In this document: piece by piece, positions 28,471-46,747 of the stretch
Numbering within the stretch: position 1 is the first letter of the stretch
Layout of the letters: each line of letters begins with the position of its first letter
DNA from: Eledone cirrhosa
Taxonomy: Eukaryota
Length of the DNA stretch: 64,000 nt
Reading direction: 5' to 3'
Assembly (NCBI GenBank): GCA_964016885.1
Contig: OZ024742.1
Coordinates: 283,030,001-283,094,000, forward strand
Position numbers and translations under genes: made by a program
Notes under the pieces: generated by a model
What the model was told of the DNA's origin: nothing
Seen by the model: only the letters and a program-made list of their open reading frames with translations
The model's database searches: none

Positions 28471-28531
28471 TATATATACATATATTATGAAATACTGTTG
28501 GCTTCACGCTCACAATAATTTCTATACTTTC

Positions 28532-28578
<47 letters not shown>

Positions 28579-28729
28579 AAAGTTCTATTTAAATTGTTGG
28601 GATACAACAAGCAAATATTTTTATAACTGATATAAAGCACTCAACAAATAATTGGAGTAAAAATACGGAGTAACTATCTGGGAGCTTCCAACAGTAATGG
28701 TTGCATTCTTTAAGGGTATGTCAATATTT

Positions 28730-28834
28730 ATTTATAAAACTGCTCTATATTATATTTTATCTGATGAAAGCACACCATAATTTAACTTGGTGTCCTTGAA
28801 ATATGTATAATGAAATAAATATGGTTTTATAAAT
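28730..28834 (+). ncRNA. Minimal type-I hammerhead ribozyme, core intact
   Basis: AUUUUAU CUGAUGA AAGCACACCA-loop-UGGUGUCCUU GAAA U AUGU AUA^ AUGAAAU. Distal stem I is UUUAUAAAAC/GUUUUAUAAA. Confidence 0.78.
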
Positions 28835-28859
28835 ATAGTTTCTATTTGTTAATATCGTA

Positions 28860-28891
<32 letters not shown>

Positions 28892-29014
28892 CATCTTTTT
28901 CGTTTAGCGTCAATTCTTTCATGCTTTTGTGTGTCCCTATTTATGTATATTTATATGTATGCATGCATTATATATATATATATATATATATATATAGATA
29001 TTCCTTACATTCAT

Positions 29015-29460
29015 AAGGATGACTGTATGAACTCTGGGTGCAAAGTTTGATGCTGCATGGTAGTGAAACATGGGCAGTGACTGCCAAGGTCGGGTGTACA
29101 CTGGGGAGAAATGAAGCAACCATTCACTGTTGGATATGCAATGTAAGTGTGAGAGAGAGGCAGAGCTTGGGTGAACTGAGGGAGAAACTGGGTTTAAGAG
29201 GAATTAGAAGTGGTGTGCAAGAGAGAAGGCTGTGTCGGTAATGATCACTGGGTGAAGAAGTGCCAGGAAATCCTAGTAGAGGGAAGCCACAGTTGAGGTA
29301 GACCTAAGAAGACCTGGCCAGAGGTCATAAGAGCTGATCTCAAATTGGTGAAATTCACAAAGAAGAAGATGTGTGGAGAGATATTGTGCTGTAAAGAACC
29401 CATCCAACCCATGCAAGCGTAGAAAAACAGACGTAAAAACGATGATGATGAGGATGATAT
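29015..29460 (+). mobile_element. Old RTE LINE 3' fragment with short 3' end
   Basis: [10 protein letters not shown]...LREKLGLRGIRSGVQERRL...GRPKKTW with stops and deletions. Ends ccatgcaagcgtag...(atg)n. Confidence 0.88.
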
Positions 29461-30137
29461 ATATATATATATATGTGTGTGTGTATGAGGTGGGAAAAGA
29501 AAAAGAAGTTCTAAGCCCTGGCAAATCATCACAGCACTTCATACATAAAGCTGCACCACTACACTCCCCATGGTTACCACTGGTAAACACCATTGCCAAA
29601 ACACAACATACCCTTATAGGTGGATGCATACATGTTTATATAATCATCAGCCTGCTGTGTGTTTGCTGGTGGGAGGGAGCTATTATTTTTCTCTAATTAA
29701 ATAATGTTTATCTTAGTTGTATGCTAGAATAGCAGATCCTAGGGGTGGATAGTGTATATATCTAAACTACAATATGTATAAGAGAGAATGAAGTATGAGT
29801 TTCTATGATTGTATGTATGTCTTTCTCTCTCTCTATATATATATATATATATCATCATTTTTCATATGTATGTATGTGTGAATATATATATGTATATATA
29901 TATATATATATATACATATATATATTATATATATATATCATCATCATCATCATCATCATCTTCGTTTAACGTCCAACTTCCATGCTAGCATGGGTTATAC
30001 ATATATATATATGTGTGTGTGTGTGTGTGCATGAAGAAGATCATTGGCCTCAATCTCACGGCGCTCGGCATGTGAAAACCATGGGTACAACCTCTTCCTC
30101 GAGACGTCGCAAATATAAATGAATGTATGTGTGTGTT

Positions 30138-30219
<82 letters not shown>

Positions 30220-30810
30220 AGTATATGTGTGTTTGTTAGTGTGTTGGATAACTATTTGTTACCAACATCACAAGAGTGTGATGGCATGGTGGGGGAGGCA
30301 GCTCACCATTCATGAAGTATGTGTCCTTATATTACACTCTTAGCATTTTAGAGTCTGTGCCCTTCTCTCTCGTTCTCTCTCTATATATCTGTCAGTCTGT
30401 CAGTATATCTATCTCTTTTGCTTTAATCCTTGTTTTAATCCCTCCCCACTTTACAACCATCACCTCTAACTCGACACTTTTTCTCAATTAATTCTATATT
30501 TGTATATATGTTTATATAATTTCGTAAAAGTCTGTAAAGCAACAAAACAATGCACACAAATTGGTGTGATGGGCATGGGTGGAGTGGATTAATAGGGTTG
30601 CTAGTCCTCCCCAGAGAGAGAGAGTGTGTGTAGGGCTGGGTATGGTGTGAAATGAGTTAGGGTATGAAATGGGATCTATTACTGAGGAGTACTAAATAAG
30701 TACACAGTATATGTGTGTGCCAGACGTTAAATGATGATATGTTTATGTATGTGTATATGTATGTGTGTGTATATACGTTAAATGATGATATGTTTATGTA
30801 TGTGTATATG

Positions 30811-30848
<38 letters not shown>

Positions 30849-31002
30849 ATGTTTATCCCGGGTTCATTCAGGGGTAACCATAGTAAGTAAGATACTCAAT
30901 ACATAGCAGAGTATAAATATTTAATATAGAAATGGATGGCTTTCCTGATGATTTCCTCTGAATGAAACAGTTCTAGTCATGTAGAAGTCATTTCTCTCTC
31001 TC

Positions 31003-31033
<31 letters not shown>

Positions 31034-31150
31034 CTAATATAGAAATGGCTTCTACAGGACTAGAACTGTTTCATTTGGGAGAAATCATCTGCTACGTATT
31101 GAGTACCTTACTTACTGTGGTTACCTCCGATTGAACCCAGGATAAGCATA
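30849..31150. mobile_element. Fold-back element family P2: two rearranged copies of a hammerhead-plus-tail unit
   Basis: 30849-30995 and 31034-31150 are largely reverse complements. CTGATGA (30945)...GAAAC AGTTCTA GTC. GTATTGAGTAC tail motif. TA flanks. Confidence 0.7.
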
Positions 31151-31876
31151 TGTATATATATATATATATATATATAATAGTGATAATAATAATATTATTA
31201 TTAAGTTGAGTATTAAAACTTTACTGGATGGTTAGAAGCTCAATGCAATGGGGTTCATACAGAGCTATTATGTACTATTTATAAAAAAAACACCAAAGAA
31301 TCAATGCATTTTCAAACTAACATATGTTTCAGCCAACCTAAACTTCATCCCAGGGTTATATAGTTACAGTTAAAAAATACCTCAAACATTTTTAATTTTA
31401 CAATTTAAAAAAAATTTAATTTACTAAAAAAATTTCTCTAAAATTTATTTATGGTTTTATAATGACCTTCAGGTGTTGGTCTCAGGCTGGCGTCCTCAGA
31501 GTTTATTGTAGCGTGTTGATATTTCACATAGATTCTTAACTCATATATCAAGCACAACAATGACTACAATGACAACAACCACAGATAGCAAGAATACCAA
31601 AGAAAGTACGAGATTTCAAGAAATCTCCAACAACTATAGACTTTCTTTACAAGAAAAACTATAGGGTTCCTTAAATATCTTTTTTCAAATAAGCTTTTGT
31701 GAGCTTTTCCATACTGGATGTGGGTTGGATGTGACTTACTGAAGCAATATTTTATAATCAGATGTCCATCCCAATGCCAACCCTTTTAGTCACTTCTTAC
31801 AGCATGCAGGGATATGGTATAGTATTCTAAACTGAATACACACCCCTCTCTTCTCTATCTATATCTCTCTCCCTCC

Positions 31877-31928
<52 letters not shown>

Positions 31929-33001
31929 ATATATATAAATATATACATTTATCTTGCCATCACACTTCTGCTCTGTTAGCCATCTCTGCATCCCTCAGGT
32001 CATTTTTCATTATGACATACATCTCTCTTGCCATTGCATTCTCTATTATAATCACTTGTCCCCCCCCCCCTTCTCTCACTTTCTCTCTCTCAAGCATATA
32101 GCTGCCATCACTGTCTCTCTTCATTCTCTCCTCTCTCTCAACCCAATCACTTTCTTTGAACTTCTTGCTCTGGTTTCTGTCCTGTGTATGTATGTATGTA
32201 CGTGTGTATGTACATGTGTATGTGTGTATGTACGTGTCTGTACGTGTGTGTGATGCTCTACTGACTGAGCTATGCAGGCATAATGATGTGTGTGCGTGTA
32301 TATTGTTTATATGCATATTTATAATATGAATGTATGTAGAATCAATTGTAATATTTCTTCAAGGGGTTAATTTTATGAAATTCAATTTATTTTTTGTTCC
32401 TCACACATAATATGCATACACGCGCACACGCACAACACACATACGCGCGCGCATGTATTGAAACACATATATACGTACATACATACATATATATATATAT
32501 ATGTACACATTACATACACAGAGACACGTATACACACACAAATGTATTTATATATATATATATATATATTATACACATACACACTCACATATCTATCTCT
32601 CTCTATATATATTATACACACACACATATATACATATATTTAATGTTTGAATTTCATTATGACTGTAAACTCTTTCACATTTTCTAGTATGTTTGTTTGT
32701 GTGTATGCATGTAAATGTATGTTTGTATACTGAATGCATATATGTGTCTCTGTATATGTAAGTGAAAGGTAGAGAGAAAATGGTTAGTAAGCGAGGGAGT
32801 GAGATGATGTGATGAAGATAAAGTTAATCTTTTAACTTCATCACATTTTCCCCCTTTTTTATTCTCATTTCTCTGCACAGTTACACATTTAGTGTAATGT
32901 TGTTATAGACATTCTACAGTGTTGTAGTGTTGTCTATGTTGTAGATATAGTATTATCTGTGTAGATATTGTGTAGATATAGTATTAGCTATGTTGTATAC
33001 A

Positions 33002-33243
33002 CAGGGCCAGTGCTAGGCAGCCACCTAGGGCACTGATTTCAGGGGGCACATTCCCACATTTCTCCAAATCAACAACAATTTTGAAAAATAAATAAATAAA
33101 TAAATTTCAATTTTATTAACCCTTTAGCATTCACATTACTCTATATATACTATTATATTTTCATGGTAAAGACTTTACCTTACATGGGCGGGGCTCAACA
33201 TCAAACCTTGCCTAGAGTACCAGATAGTCTGGCTCTGGCTCTG
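33002..33243. mobile_element. hAT (Tip100-like) MITE
   Basis: TIRs CAGGGCCAGTGCTAG / CAGAGCCAGAGCCAG (rc). 8-bp TSD tgtataca/tgtacaca. Confidence 0.7.
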
Positions 33244-33415
33244 TGTACACATACTATATATATATATAGTGTAGAATTGTTTATGTTGATGTAGACATTC
33301 TAGTGTTGTCTATATTGTAGATATAGTGTTAGCTATATGTTGTATATATTCTATATACATGTGTAGTGTTGGCTATCTTGTAGGTATTGTAGACATTCTA
33401 CAGTGTTGTCTATAC

Positions 33416-34167
33416 CAGGTATGTCAAACTGAAGGTCACCCGAGGGCGACATGGGTCACATATATGTTGTCTGAGGGCCACATGGGTCACATATCTGTTG
33501 TCTGAGGGCTACATGAAACATATATGTGTTGTCTGAGGGTCACATGGGTCACATATGTGTTGTCTGAGGGCTACATGGGTCACATATGTGTTGTCTGAGA
33601 GTCACATGTGTCACATATGTGTTGTCTGAGAGTCACATGGGTCACATGTGTTGTCTGAGGGCCACATGGGCCATATATGTGTTGTCTGAGGGCTACATGG
33701 GTCACATATGTGTTGTCTAGGGCCACATGGGTCACATATGTGTTGTCTGAGGGCCACATGGGTCACATATGTGTTGTCTGAGGGCTACATGGGTCACATA
33801 TGTGTTGTCTGAGGGCCACATGGGTCACATGTGTTGTCTGAGGGCCACATGGGTCACATGTGTTGTCTGAGGGCCACATGGGTCACATGTGTTGTCTGAG
33901 GGCCACATGGGTCACATGTGTTGTCTGAGGGCCACATGGGTCACATGTGTTGTCTGAGGGCCACATGGGTCACATGTGTTGTCTGAGGGCCACACATGAC
34001 AACTAATTGCGCACATTACAACTAATTTTTAAAATTTTATATTACAAAGATAAAACATGCTCGCAGTGTAAAAACTTTGTGCGGGCCGCAGGTGTGCTTG
34101 TAAAGGGCCGCAGGTGTGCTTATAAAGGGCCGCTTGATCCCCGCGGGCCTCATCTTTCGCATGCCTG
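33416..34167. mobile_element. hAT MITE with internal 30-32-bp tandem array
   Basis: TIRs CAGGTATGTCAAA / CAGGCATGCGAAA (rc). Subterminal gggccgc motifs. TSD gtctatac/gtccatat. Confidence 0.75.
33448..33992. repeat. 30-32-bp minisatellite, about 17 copies
   Basis: Unit gagggccacatgggtcacat(at)gtgttgtct. Confidence 0.95.
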
Positions 34168-34379
34168 GTCCATATTGTAGATATTGTGTTATCTACGTCG
34201 ATATAGTGTTAACTATGTTGTACACATTGTCTAGTGTTGACTATAAGACAGTTTGTACACAGATTGTCTCCACATTTCCAGATCTTTCCATCTTCAGTAA
34301 CCATCCTTTGATTGTTTCTTCCTCCTGGAATGATCTATTAGAATGTCTAGAAATACTGGTTTCATGAAATGGCATTACC

Positions 34380-34417
<38 letters not shown>

Positions 34418-34571
34418 TTACACATTATCTATGTCTTTTGCTGTATCTCGTGCTGTGTTTATATGTCTATATATCTATATAAATAAATAATTAATAAAGA
34501 AATATTTCTTTCTCCCTATATATATATATATGTGTGTGTGTGTGTATATATGTATGTATATATATATATAT

Positions 34572-34754
34572 ATAGGAATGAGTAGGACCTCGACGGCTAA
34601 TTCTGGACTACTAATTAGTCCAGAATTAGCTGTCGAAACGGCTTGAGCTCAGCCGTAGGGGTCCTACTCGTTCCTATTACCCACTCTACTACCCTAAGTA
34701 TTGAGTACTTTGGTGCGTTATGGTCCACCTGGTTCCTTACCACATTTCCTTCGT

Positions 34755-34755
<1 letters not shown>
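34572..34755 (+). mobile_element. Fold-back element family P1, copy 3 (opposite orientation)
   Basis: Reverse complement of 6437-6531 at 34660-34755. Nested hairpins 34591-34635 and 34572-34677. Confidence 0.75.
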
Positions 34756-34790
<35 letters not shown>

Positions 34791-35226
34791 TGCACACTTA
34801 AAATCTACATATAAAGCTGTACTCACATGAGGCTCATATATTAAAATGTGTGCACACATACACTCAATACACACACACACACACACTTGAAAGGTAAAAT
34901 TGAATGAACCTTCTCATACCTCTGACTGGTTAATGGAATCAACCTTTATTGTTGAATTTAATCTTGCCTGACCTTATGGAGTAGTCCTATGGAGATGGGA
35001 GGATGCTGTGTTGATGCTTTTCCTTACTCTCTCTCTCTCACTCTCTCTCCCAGTATCTCATTGTGTATCTCTCTCTATCTCACTCAGCCTTTCACTGTGT
35101 TTATCTCTCTCTCTCTCTCTCCCTCTCTCTCTCTCTCCCCCTCTCTCTATCTCCCCCCCCTCTCTCTCAGCCTCTCATTGTGTATATCACTCGCTCTCTC
35201 AGCCTCTCATTGTGTATATCTCACTC

Positions 35227-35270
<44 letters not shown>

Positions 35271-35538
35271 TGTCTCTCTTTCTCTCTCTCTTTCTCTCTC
35301 TATCACACCTTCTTTCAATTATGATCTATGTGTACTTGCAGCCTGCAGCACAGTGGAACTACATGTGTGTGTGTGTATGCATACATTTACATGTACAAAA
35401 GCTTATTTACATTTATCCTTAAAACTTTACTGCATATATATGTATATGTGTACATATATATGCAGATACACTTAAATATATATATATATATGCACATGTC
35501 CAATTTTACAGCAAGTTTAAATACATATGGACATTCAC

Positions 35539-35601
<63 letters not shown>

Positions 35602-36817
35602 TGTGTATGTATGTATATGTGTATACACACACACACACACACACACACAGATTTGCTAGAAGGGAGAGCAGATGTTAAACAATTAGGATAAATGTATATA
35701 TATATATATATATGTATATATACTTACACACATATAATTTACATACATATATTACGCACAGGAATACAAAATATGTTTACACAAACACACACACACACAT
35801 ATACATATATTTACATATACATAGACACACATATATATATTTACATACACACAGGCACACATATGTATGTGTGTGTATGTACATATATATACATATACAT
35901 AGGCACACATATATGTGTGTGTATACACATATACATATATATACATATACATAGGCACATATATATATATGTGTGTGTGTGTATACACATATACATATAC
36001 ATAGGCACACATATATATGTGTATGTATATAAACACATATACATATACATATATATATATATACACATATAGACAGGCACACATAAAACCCGATACCATC
36101 ACACAGTGGCAATATATGTCAAGTATCTCTGTCGGACATACACAACTGAATGATCCAGTGAGTGGTGCCTTTAGCATCTACACTTGGACCTACATATTAG
36201 ATAACTCAGCAAGTTCTCCCTTCCAACAACAATAAACCTATCAAACCCACTCACTCCCCATCCTTTATTTCTTTCACTCTGTTGGAATTTTATGTTCTTC
36301 AATTAGATAGACACACGTTCATTCATATGTATGTGTGTATGTATGTGTGTATGTATGTGTGTATGTATGTGTATGTATGTGTATGTATGTGTATGTATGT
36401 GTGTATGTATGTGTGTATGTATATATGTATTATATATACACTCAGATGCATATATTTTTGTCAGTGTACATATATGTGCATATATATATGTGTGTATATA
36501 TATATATATATGTATATATGTATATATATGTATATATGTGTATATATATATATATGTATATATGTGTATATGTGAATATATTTGTATAGGTATGTATATA
36601 TGTATATATGTGGATATATATATATATGTATATATGTGTATATGTGAATATATTTGTATAGGTATATATAAATGTATATATGTATACATATGAGTGTGTG
36701 TGTGTATAAATATGTGTGTCTGTGTGTGTATATATATATAAATATATATATATATATCTATATATACACATACACACACTCACACACATACATGCATATA
36801 TATGTGTGTGTATGTTT

Positions 36818-36954
<137 letters not shown>

Positions 36955-37137
36955 TATTGAAATGACTCTCTGCATGCTCTGTTCTCTTCTATATATTTCT
37001 ATGCTAATTTTGCAAAAATAATTTAAATGTCCTGACCTTCGTTATATTTATTTTTTGTATTATTTTTTTATTATTTTCATCTTTAATTTATGAAACAATC
37101 ACAAGCACCTGCTCACACATTCCCCCACATAAGTACT

Positions 37138-37177
<40 letters not shown>

Positions 37178-37179
<2 letters not shown>

Positions 37180-37367
37180 ATTGTTTCTACTTTTGGCACA
37201 AGGCCAGCAATCATATCAGTGCATTACTGGTACTTTATTTTATCGACCCTGTAAGGATTAAAGGCAAAGTTAATCTCGGCGGGATTTGAACTCAGATCGT
37301 AAAGGCCCGTAACTCTATGCTGCAAACTATGGCTTCCGACCCTGTAATGATACTGCCAATCCACCAC

Positions 37368-37370
<3 letters not shown>
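37178..37370 (-). mobile_element. Full-length SINE family 1
   Basis: Reverse complement of the 18972-19161 consensus. Confidence 0.9.
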
Positions 37371-37414
<44 letters not shown>

Positions 37415-37565
37415 GTCATATATACATCTATCTTTTCTTTTTTTTTATTCTTTTTTTGTTTCTATTTTTTGTTGTTTTTTCTTATTATTGGCTTTCTTCT
37501 TTGTCTCTCTGTGTATATACATACACACACACGCACATATATATATATACTTACAGACACATATA

Positions 37566-37810
37566 TGAGGGGACTGAGGTTAGCTGGACATGCTCACTGA
37601 CATCCGGAGTTGACATTGCACTCAGTGCTCCTGTGGGAGCCCCTACATGGACACACTGGAAGAGGAAGACCAAGGTTAACGCATGTTGATGCCCTAAGGA
37701 CAGACACTAGTCTGTTGGAGACGCAGGACATGGCAGCGATAATGAGGGACAGAGACCGCTGGAGAGAACTCGTCCATGGATCTCGGGAATTTTACCCGCC
37801 CTAGATAGAT
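37566..37810 (+). mobile_element. RTE-clade LINE 3' fragment, distinct family
   Basis: LRLAGHAH*HPEL...LLWEPLHGHTGRGRPRLTHVDALRTDT...MRDRDRWR. (TAGA) tail. Confidence 0.8.
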
Positions 37811-37888
37811 ATATGTATATACTTATGGACACACACACAAACTTATACATGCATCATACAAACATACATGTACACACGTACATACACA

Positions 37889-37923
<35 letters not shown>

Positions 37924-38194
37924 CCGTTTAACGTCCATATTCCACGCTAGCATGGATTACATAAATACATACATACATACACACATACACAGACATACAC
38001 ACGTACATACATACATACATACACATACATACATACACATACATACACATACATACAGTGTTAAATTAGTCCAACAGTATTATGTTAGTATTCCCTCAGA
38101 TCTTGTAGGCTGGAACAAACACTACATATGTCTTTATTATTTTGTTGATCAAACATAACTGACTCCATTTCTTTAAGGGATCTGTACTAAAAGT

Positions 38195-38500
38195 CATCAC
38201 CATCATCATCACCACCACCACCACCACCATCACCACCATCACTGTTTTACCTCCATTTTTTTACACTAACATGGGTTAGACGGGTTGTCCTGTTGTAGGC
38301 AATGCCAGGTCAGGTGATCATGTCTTGCTTGTACAGAACTGATTTTGACTTGGTTTCTACAGCTGGATGCCCTTCCTAACACCAACCTAATTTGCTGTGT
38401 GTGCTGGGTGCTTTTTTACTACATGACCACTTTACAGTGTAGACTGGGTGCTTTTTGTCATGACACCTACATGACCACTTTACAATGGGAGGGGGTGGGG
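38195..38500 (-). mobile_element. Diverged RTE 3' UTR fragment
   Basis: catgggttagacgggttgtcctg...ctacagctggatgcccttcctaacacc. Confidence 0.8.
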
Positions 38501-39014
38501 GCATTGTTATCATTATTGTTCTGGCTGAAGTCAACCTCACCTTACATCCTTCCAAGGTCAATAAGATGAAGTATCAGTCAAATACTGAGGTTTATTTAAT
38601 TGACTTTACCTTCCCTCAAACTAAATTGCTGGTTGTTTTTAAATTAGAATCCTTTATTGATATTATAAAAATGAATATGAAGGATGGTGTGTTATGAATG
38701 GAGATGCTATAATTGAAGGGGACATGTGTTTGAGGAATACTCAATCACTTATTAATTCACAAACTTGGCAAGAGGGTTGGTTTGAACAGCTCATCATCAC
38801 ACCTGATGGAGAATCCATCATATATGGGTAACATATTACTAGCTAGAACTTGTAAGACTATTATTTAAATTATTTGACTTACTACTACATTTGTATGGAA
38901 AGTTGAATGTAGATATTACGAGAAGATAGATATGTGCTACAGTCAAGCTTAATCTATTTCATCATTTAAACAGATTAAATTTTAACATAGAGCATACCTG
39001 CCTTCCTGTCTTGT

Positions 39015-39107
<93 letters not shown>

Positions 39108-39743
39108 TGTGTGTATAACCCATGCTAGCGTGGAAGATAGACGTTAAACGATGATGATGATGACATATATATATATAATGTGTTTGTGAATAACTATGTA
39201 TCTTGCTTTGTTTAGCAATTACATACAAATATACAAGAATACATACATACACAGCTCAGTAAAGCATATATCTGAAATTGCTGTGACTATTTGTCTCTTT
39301 ATTCTTGAACACATCATTTTGTCAAGAGATAAAATCTTCATACAAAAAAAGGAAGGTTTGTGTGTTGTGTAATCTTTTTTATTTGAAATCTTCCTGATCT
39401 GTTTACAAGATAAATTATTCTTTAAAAAGAAGCCATGATTATCAAAGTTTGCACATCTATGTCTTCTTCCATGTTTTTTTGTTGATTTTTTTCTTTTTGT
39501 TTTTTAATCTTTTCTGACACCCAACTAGGTCTTTACCTAATCTCATTTGTCAGTCACCCCACATTTCCTTTTGTCATGGAACCAAGTCTCTTTGAACCAA
39601 CATCCTTTACACAAGACAGTTGGATAATAAATAAATAAATAAGTAAATAAATATACAATCTCCTTCCTATTCACTCCAGACAAACATTATAAAACAAAGC
39701 AAAACAAATAAACAACATTCACACAAAAAAGCTGCATCATTAA

Positions 39744-39897
39744 GACATGGCTGTGTGGTTAAGGTGTTTGCTTTGCTACCATGTGATTTGGGGTTCAATC
39801 CCACTGCATTGGAGACAGCTGTCTACTAGTATACCCTCAGAATGACCAAAGTCTTGTGAGTGAAATTTGTTAGATGGAAAATGTGCAGAAGCCCATA
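39744..39897 (+). mobile_element. SINE family 3
   Basis: A-box catggctgtgtggttaag, B-box ggggttcaatccc, tail gatggaaaatgtgcagaagccc. Confidence 0.7.
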
Positions 39898-43851
<3,954 letters not shown>

Positions 43852-43852
43852 C

Positions 43853-43901
<49 letters not shown>

Positions 43902-43902
43902 C

Positions 43903-44429
<527 letters not shown>

Positions 44430-44442
44430 CATATATATATAC

Positions 44443-45750
44443 ATCTGGGAAATGGCCATGCTCAGTGTGTAGGAAAGGCGTAGGTAGAAACTCCATTTTA
44501 TGTCCCAAATGCAAAGTATGGGTGCATAAAAGATGTAGTGGGATCACAGGTAAGCTAACTAAGAACATAGATTTTACATGTGGCCGGTGCTCTGGTGCAA
44601 TAAGTAGCAGCAAGTGCCCACAAAATACTAGCTCCTTCAACTGCGCAGAGGGTTCTATAGAAATAGTGGACAGCTTCCGTTACCTGGGTGACAAAATCAG
44701 CAGTGGGGGAGGGTGCTCTGAAAGTACAGTAGCTAGAGTCAGAACTGGATGGAAAAAGTTCAGAGAGCTTATACCACTATTAGCCGCTAGAGGGTTTTCC
44801 CTAAAAATGAAAGGCAGGTTATACGATGCCTGCATACGAACAGCAATGCTGCATGGCAGTGAGACCTGGGCATTGTGTGCAGAGGATATACGCAGACTAG
44901 AGAGGAACGAAGCTTGCATGCTCCGCTGGATGTGCAATAGTAATATACGTGAACGGCAAAGCATAAACGAACTAAGGAAAAAATTAGAAATAAGAGGGAT
45001 CAGATGTTGTTTACTCGAGAGAAGGCTACGTTGGTACGGTCACGTGATGCGCATGAAAGACGACAGCTGTATAACAAAGTGCAGGGCAATAAAGATAGAC
45101 GGTAGCCACGGAGTAGGCAGACCCAGAAAAACATGGGACGAGCTGATAAATTCCGACCTCACACGCTTACACCTCTCCAAGACAATGTCACTGGACCGAG
45201 ACCTTTGGCGGTACTCAGTAATAGAGAAGACCCACCTTACCTAAATACAAAGTAAAAACCTACTACAGTCAGTAGGCATCTCTATCAAAACACACCCCCG
45301 TCCCACCACCTCCACCCCATCCACACCGCCCCTTTCAATGTAAAGTTATGTTGGTCCCACAACATCCAGGCCGAATCAAATGAGATCGTGTAGGTGTCAC
45401 GACAAAAAAACACACAGTCCACGCTGTAAATGTGGCCGTGTAAGCAACACGGTAAAAACCTCCCAGCCCCACACTGTAAATGTGGTTGGTGTTAGGAAGG
45501 GCATCCAGCTGTAGAAAACCCGCCAGACAGTCCACGCTGTAATGTGGCCGTGTAGGCAACACGGTAAAAACCTCCCAGCCCCACACTGTAAATGTGGTTG
45601 GTGTTAGGAAGGGCATCCAACTGTAGAAAACCCGCCAGACAGTCCTATGCGAGCAAGACAACCACTCTTGCCTCAAGTGGGAAAACCCCCGTCCAAACCC
45701 ATGCAAGCGTGGAACACGGACGCTAAACCTGATGATGATGATGATGATGA
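44443..45750 (+). mobile_element. RTE-clade LINE, subfamily B, 5'-truncated (open frame 44444-45244)
   Basis: SGKWPCSVC...FRYLG...LRWYGHV...GRPRKTW. 3' UTR has a ~113-bp tandem duplication and an (ATG)n tail. Confidence 0.94.
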
Positions 45751-45771
45751 TATATATATACATATATATAC

Positions 45772-45820
<49 letters not shown>

Positions 45821-45847
45821 CATATATATACATATATATATATATAC

Positions 45848-45924
<77 letters not shown>

Positions 45925-45935
45925 CATATATATAC

Positions 45936-45982
<47 letters not shown>

Positions 45983-46007
45983 CATATATATACATATATA
46001 TATATAC

Positions 46008-46053
<46 letters not shown>

Positions 46054-46055
46054 TT

Positions 46056-46240
46056 GTGGATTGGCGTATCAGTAGAGTCGGACACCATGCTTTGAAGCAT
46101 AGAGTTACGTCCCTTTATAGTCTGAGTTCAAATCCCGCCGAGGTTAACTTTGCCTTTCATCCTTACAGGGGTCGATAAAATAAAGTACCAGTAATGCACT
46201 GGGTAATTGCTGGCCTTGTGCCTAACGTAGAAACAATTAT
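46056..46240 (+). mobile_element. SINE family 1
   Basis: Consensus match. Confidence 0.9.
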
Positions 46241-46747
46241 ATATATATTATCATCTTTATTTAATGTCTATTTTCCATGCTTGCATGAGTTTGATGGGTT
46301 GTCATGTTTTGAGGTTACCAGTTAGATGACCATGTCTTGCTCATGCATTCCATTTTTAGCTTGGTTTCTATTATTGGATGCCCTTCCTCTCACCAACCAC
46401 TTGACAATGTGTACTGGGAACATTTTATCATGACTCTACCAAGCTATAGGGCTGACTGGGTTCTTTGTTTTTGTGCTTCCATTACTGTTACTACCAATAT
46501 CAAGACACCATCACTGATGTGTTGACAGGAGTTGTGTGTAGGTCATACCACCACAAGAGAGAACCATTGTCACTCCTACCAATGCCTCCGCAGTGATGGT
46601 GCCTGCCACAATAAAAATACACCCAGTCCACCCAATAAATTGGTAGTACTGGTGCCATGAAGGAAAGAGCCCATTCCACACTATGGTTGTGTTTTAGGTT
46701 CACTTTCACAGTTTGGCAACTTGTGTTAGGGATAGTCTCCTCCTACA

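Noticed and set aside
30028-30125. GC-richer island with GAAAACCATGGGTA resembling a hammerhead 3' half
   Set aside because: No CTGANGA upstream and no second copy in the window.
36100-36190. Possible small exon (CCA|GTGAGT donor)
   Set aside because: No convincing acceptor or recognisable peptide.
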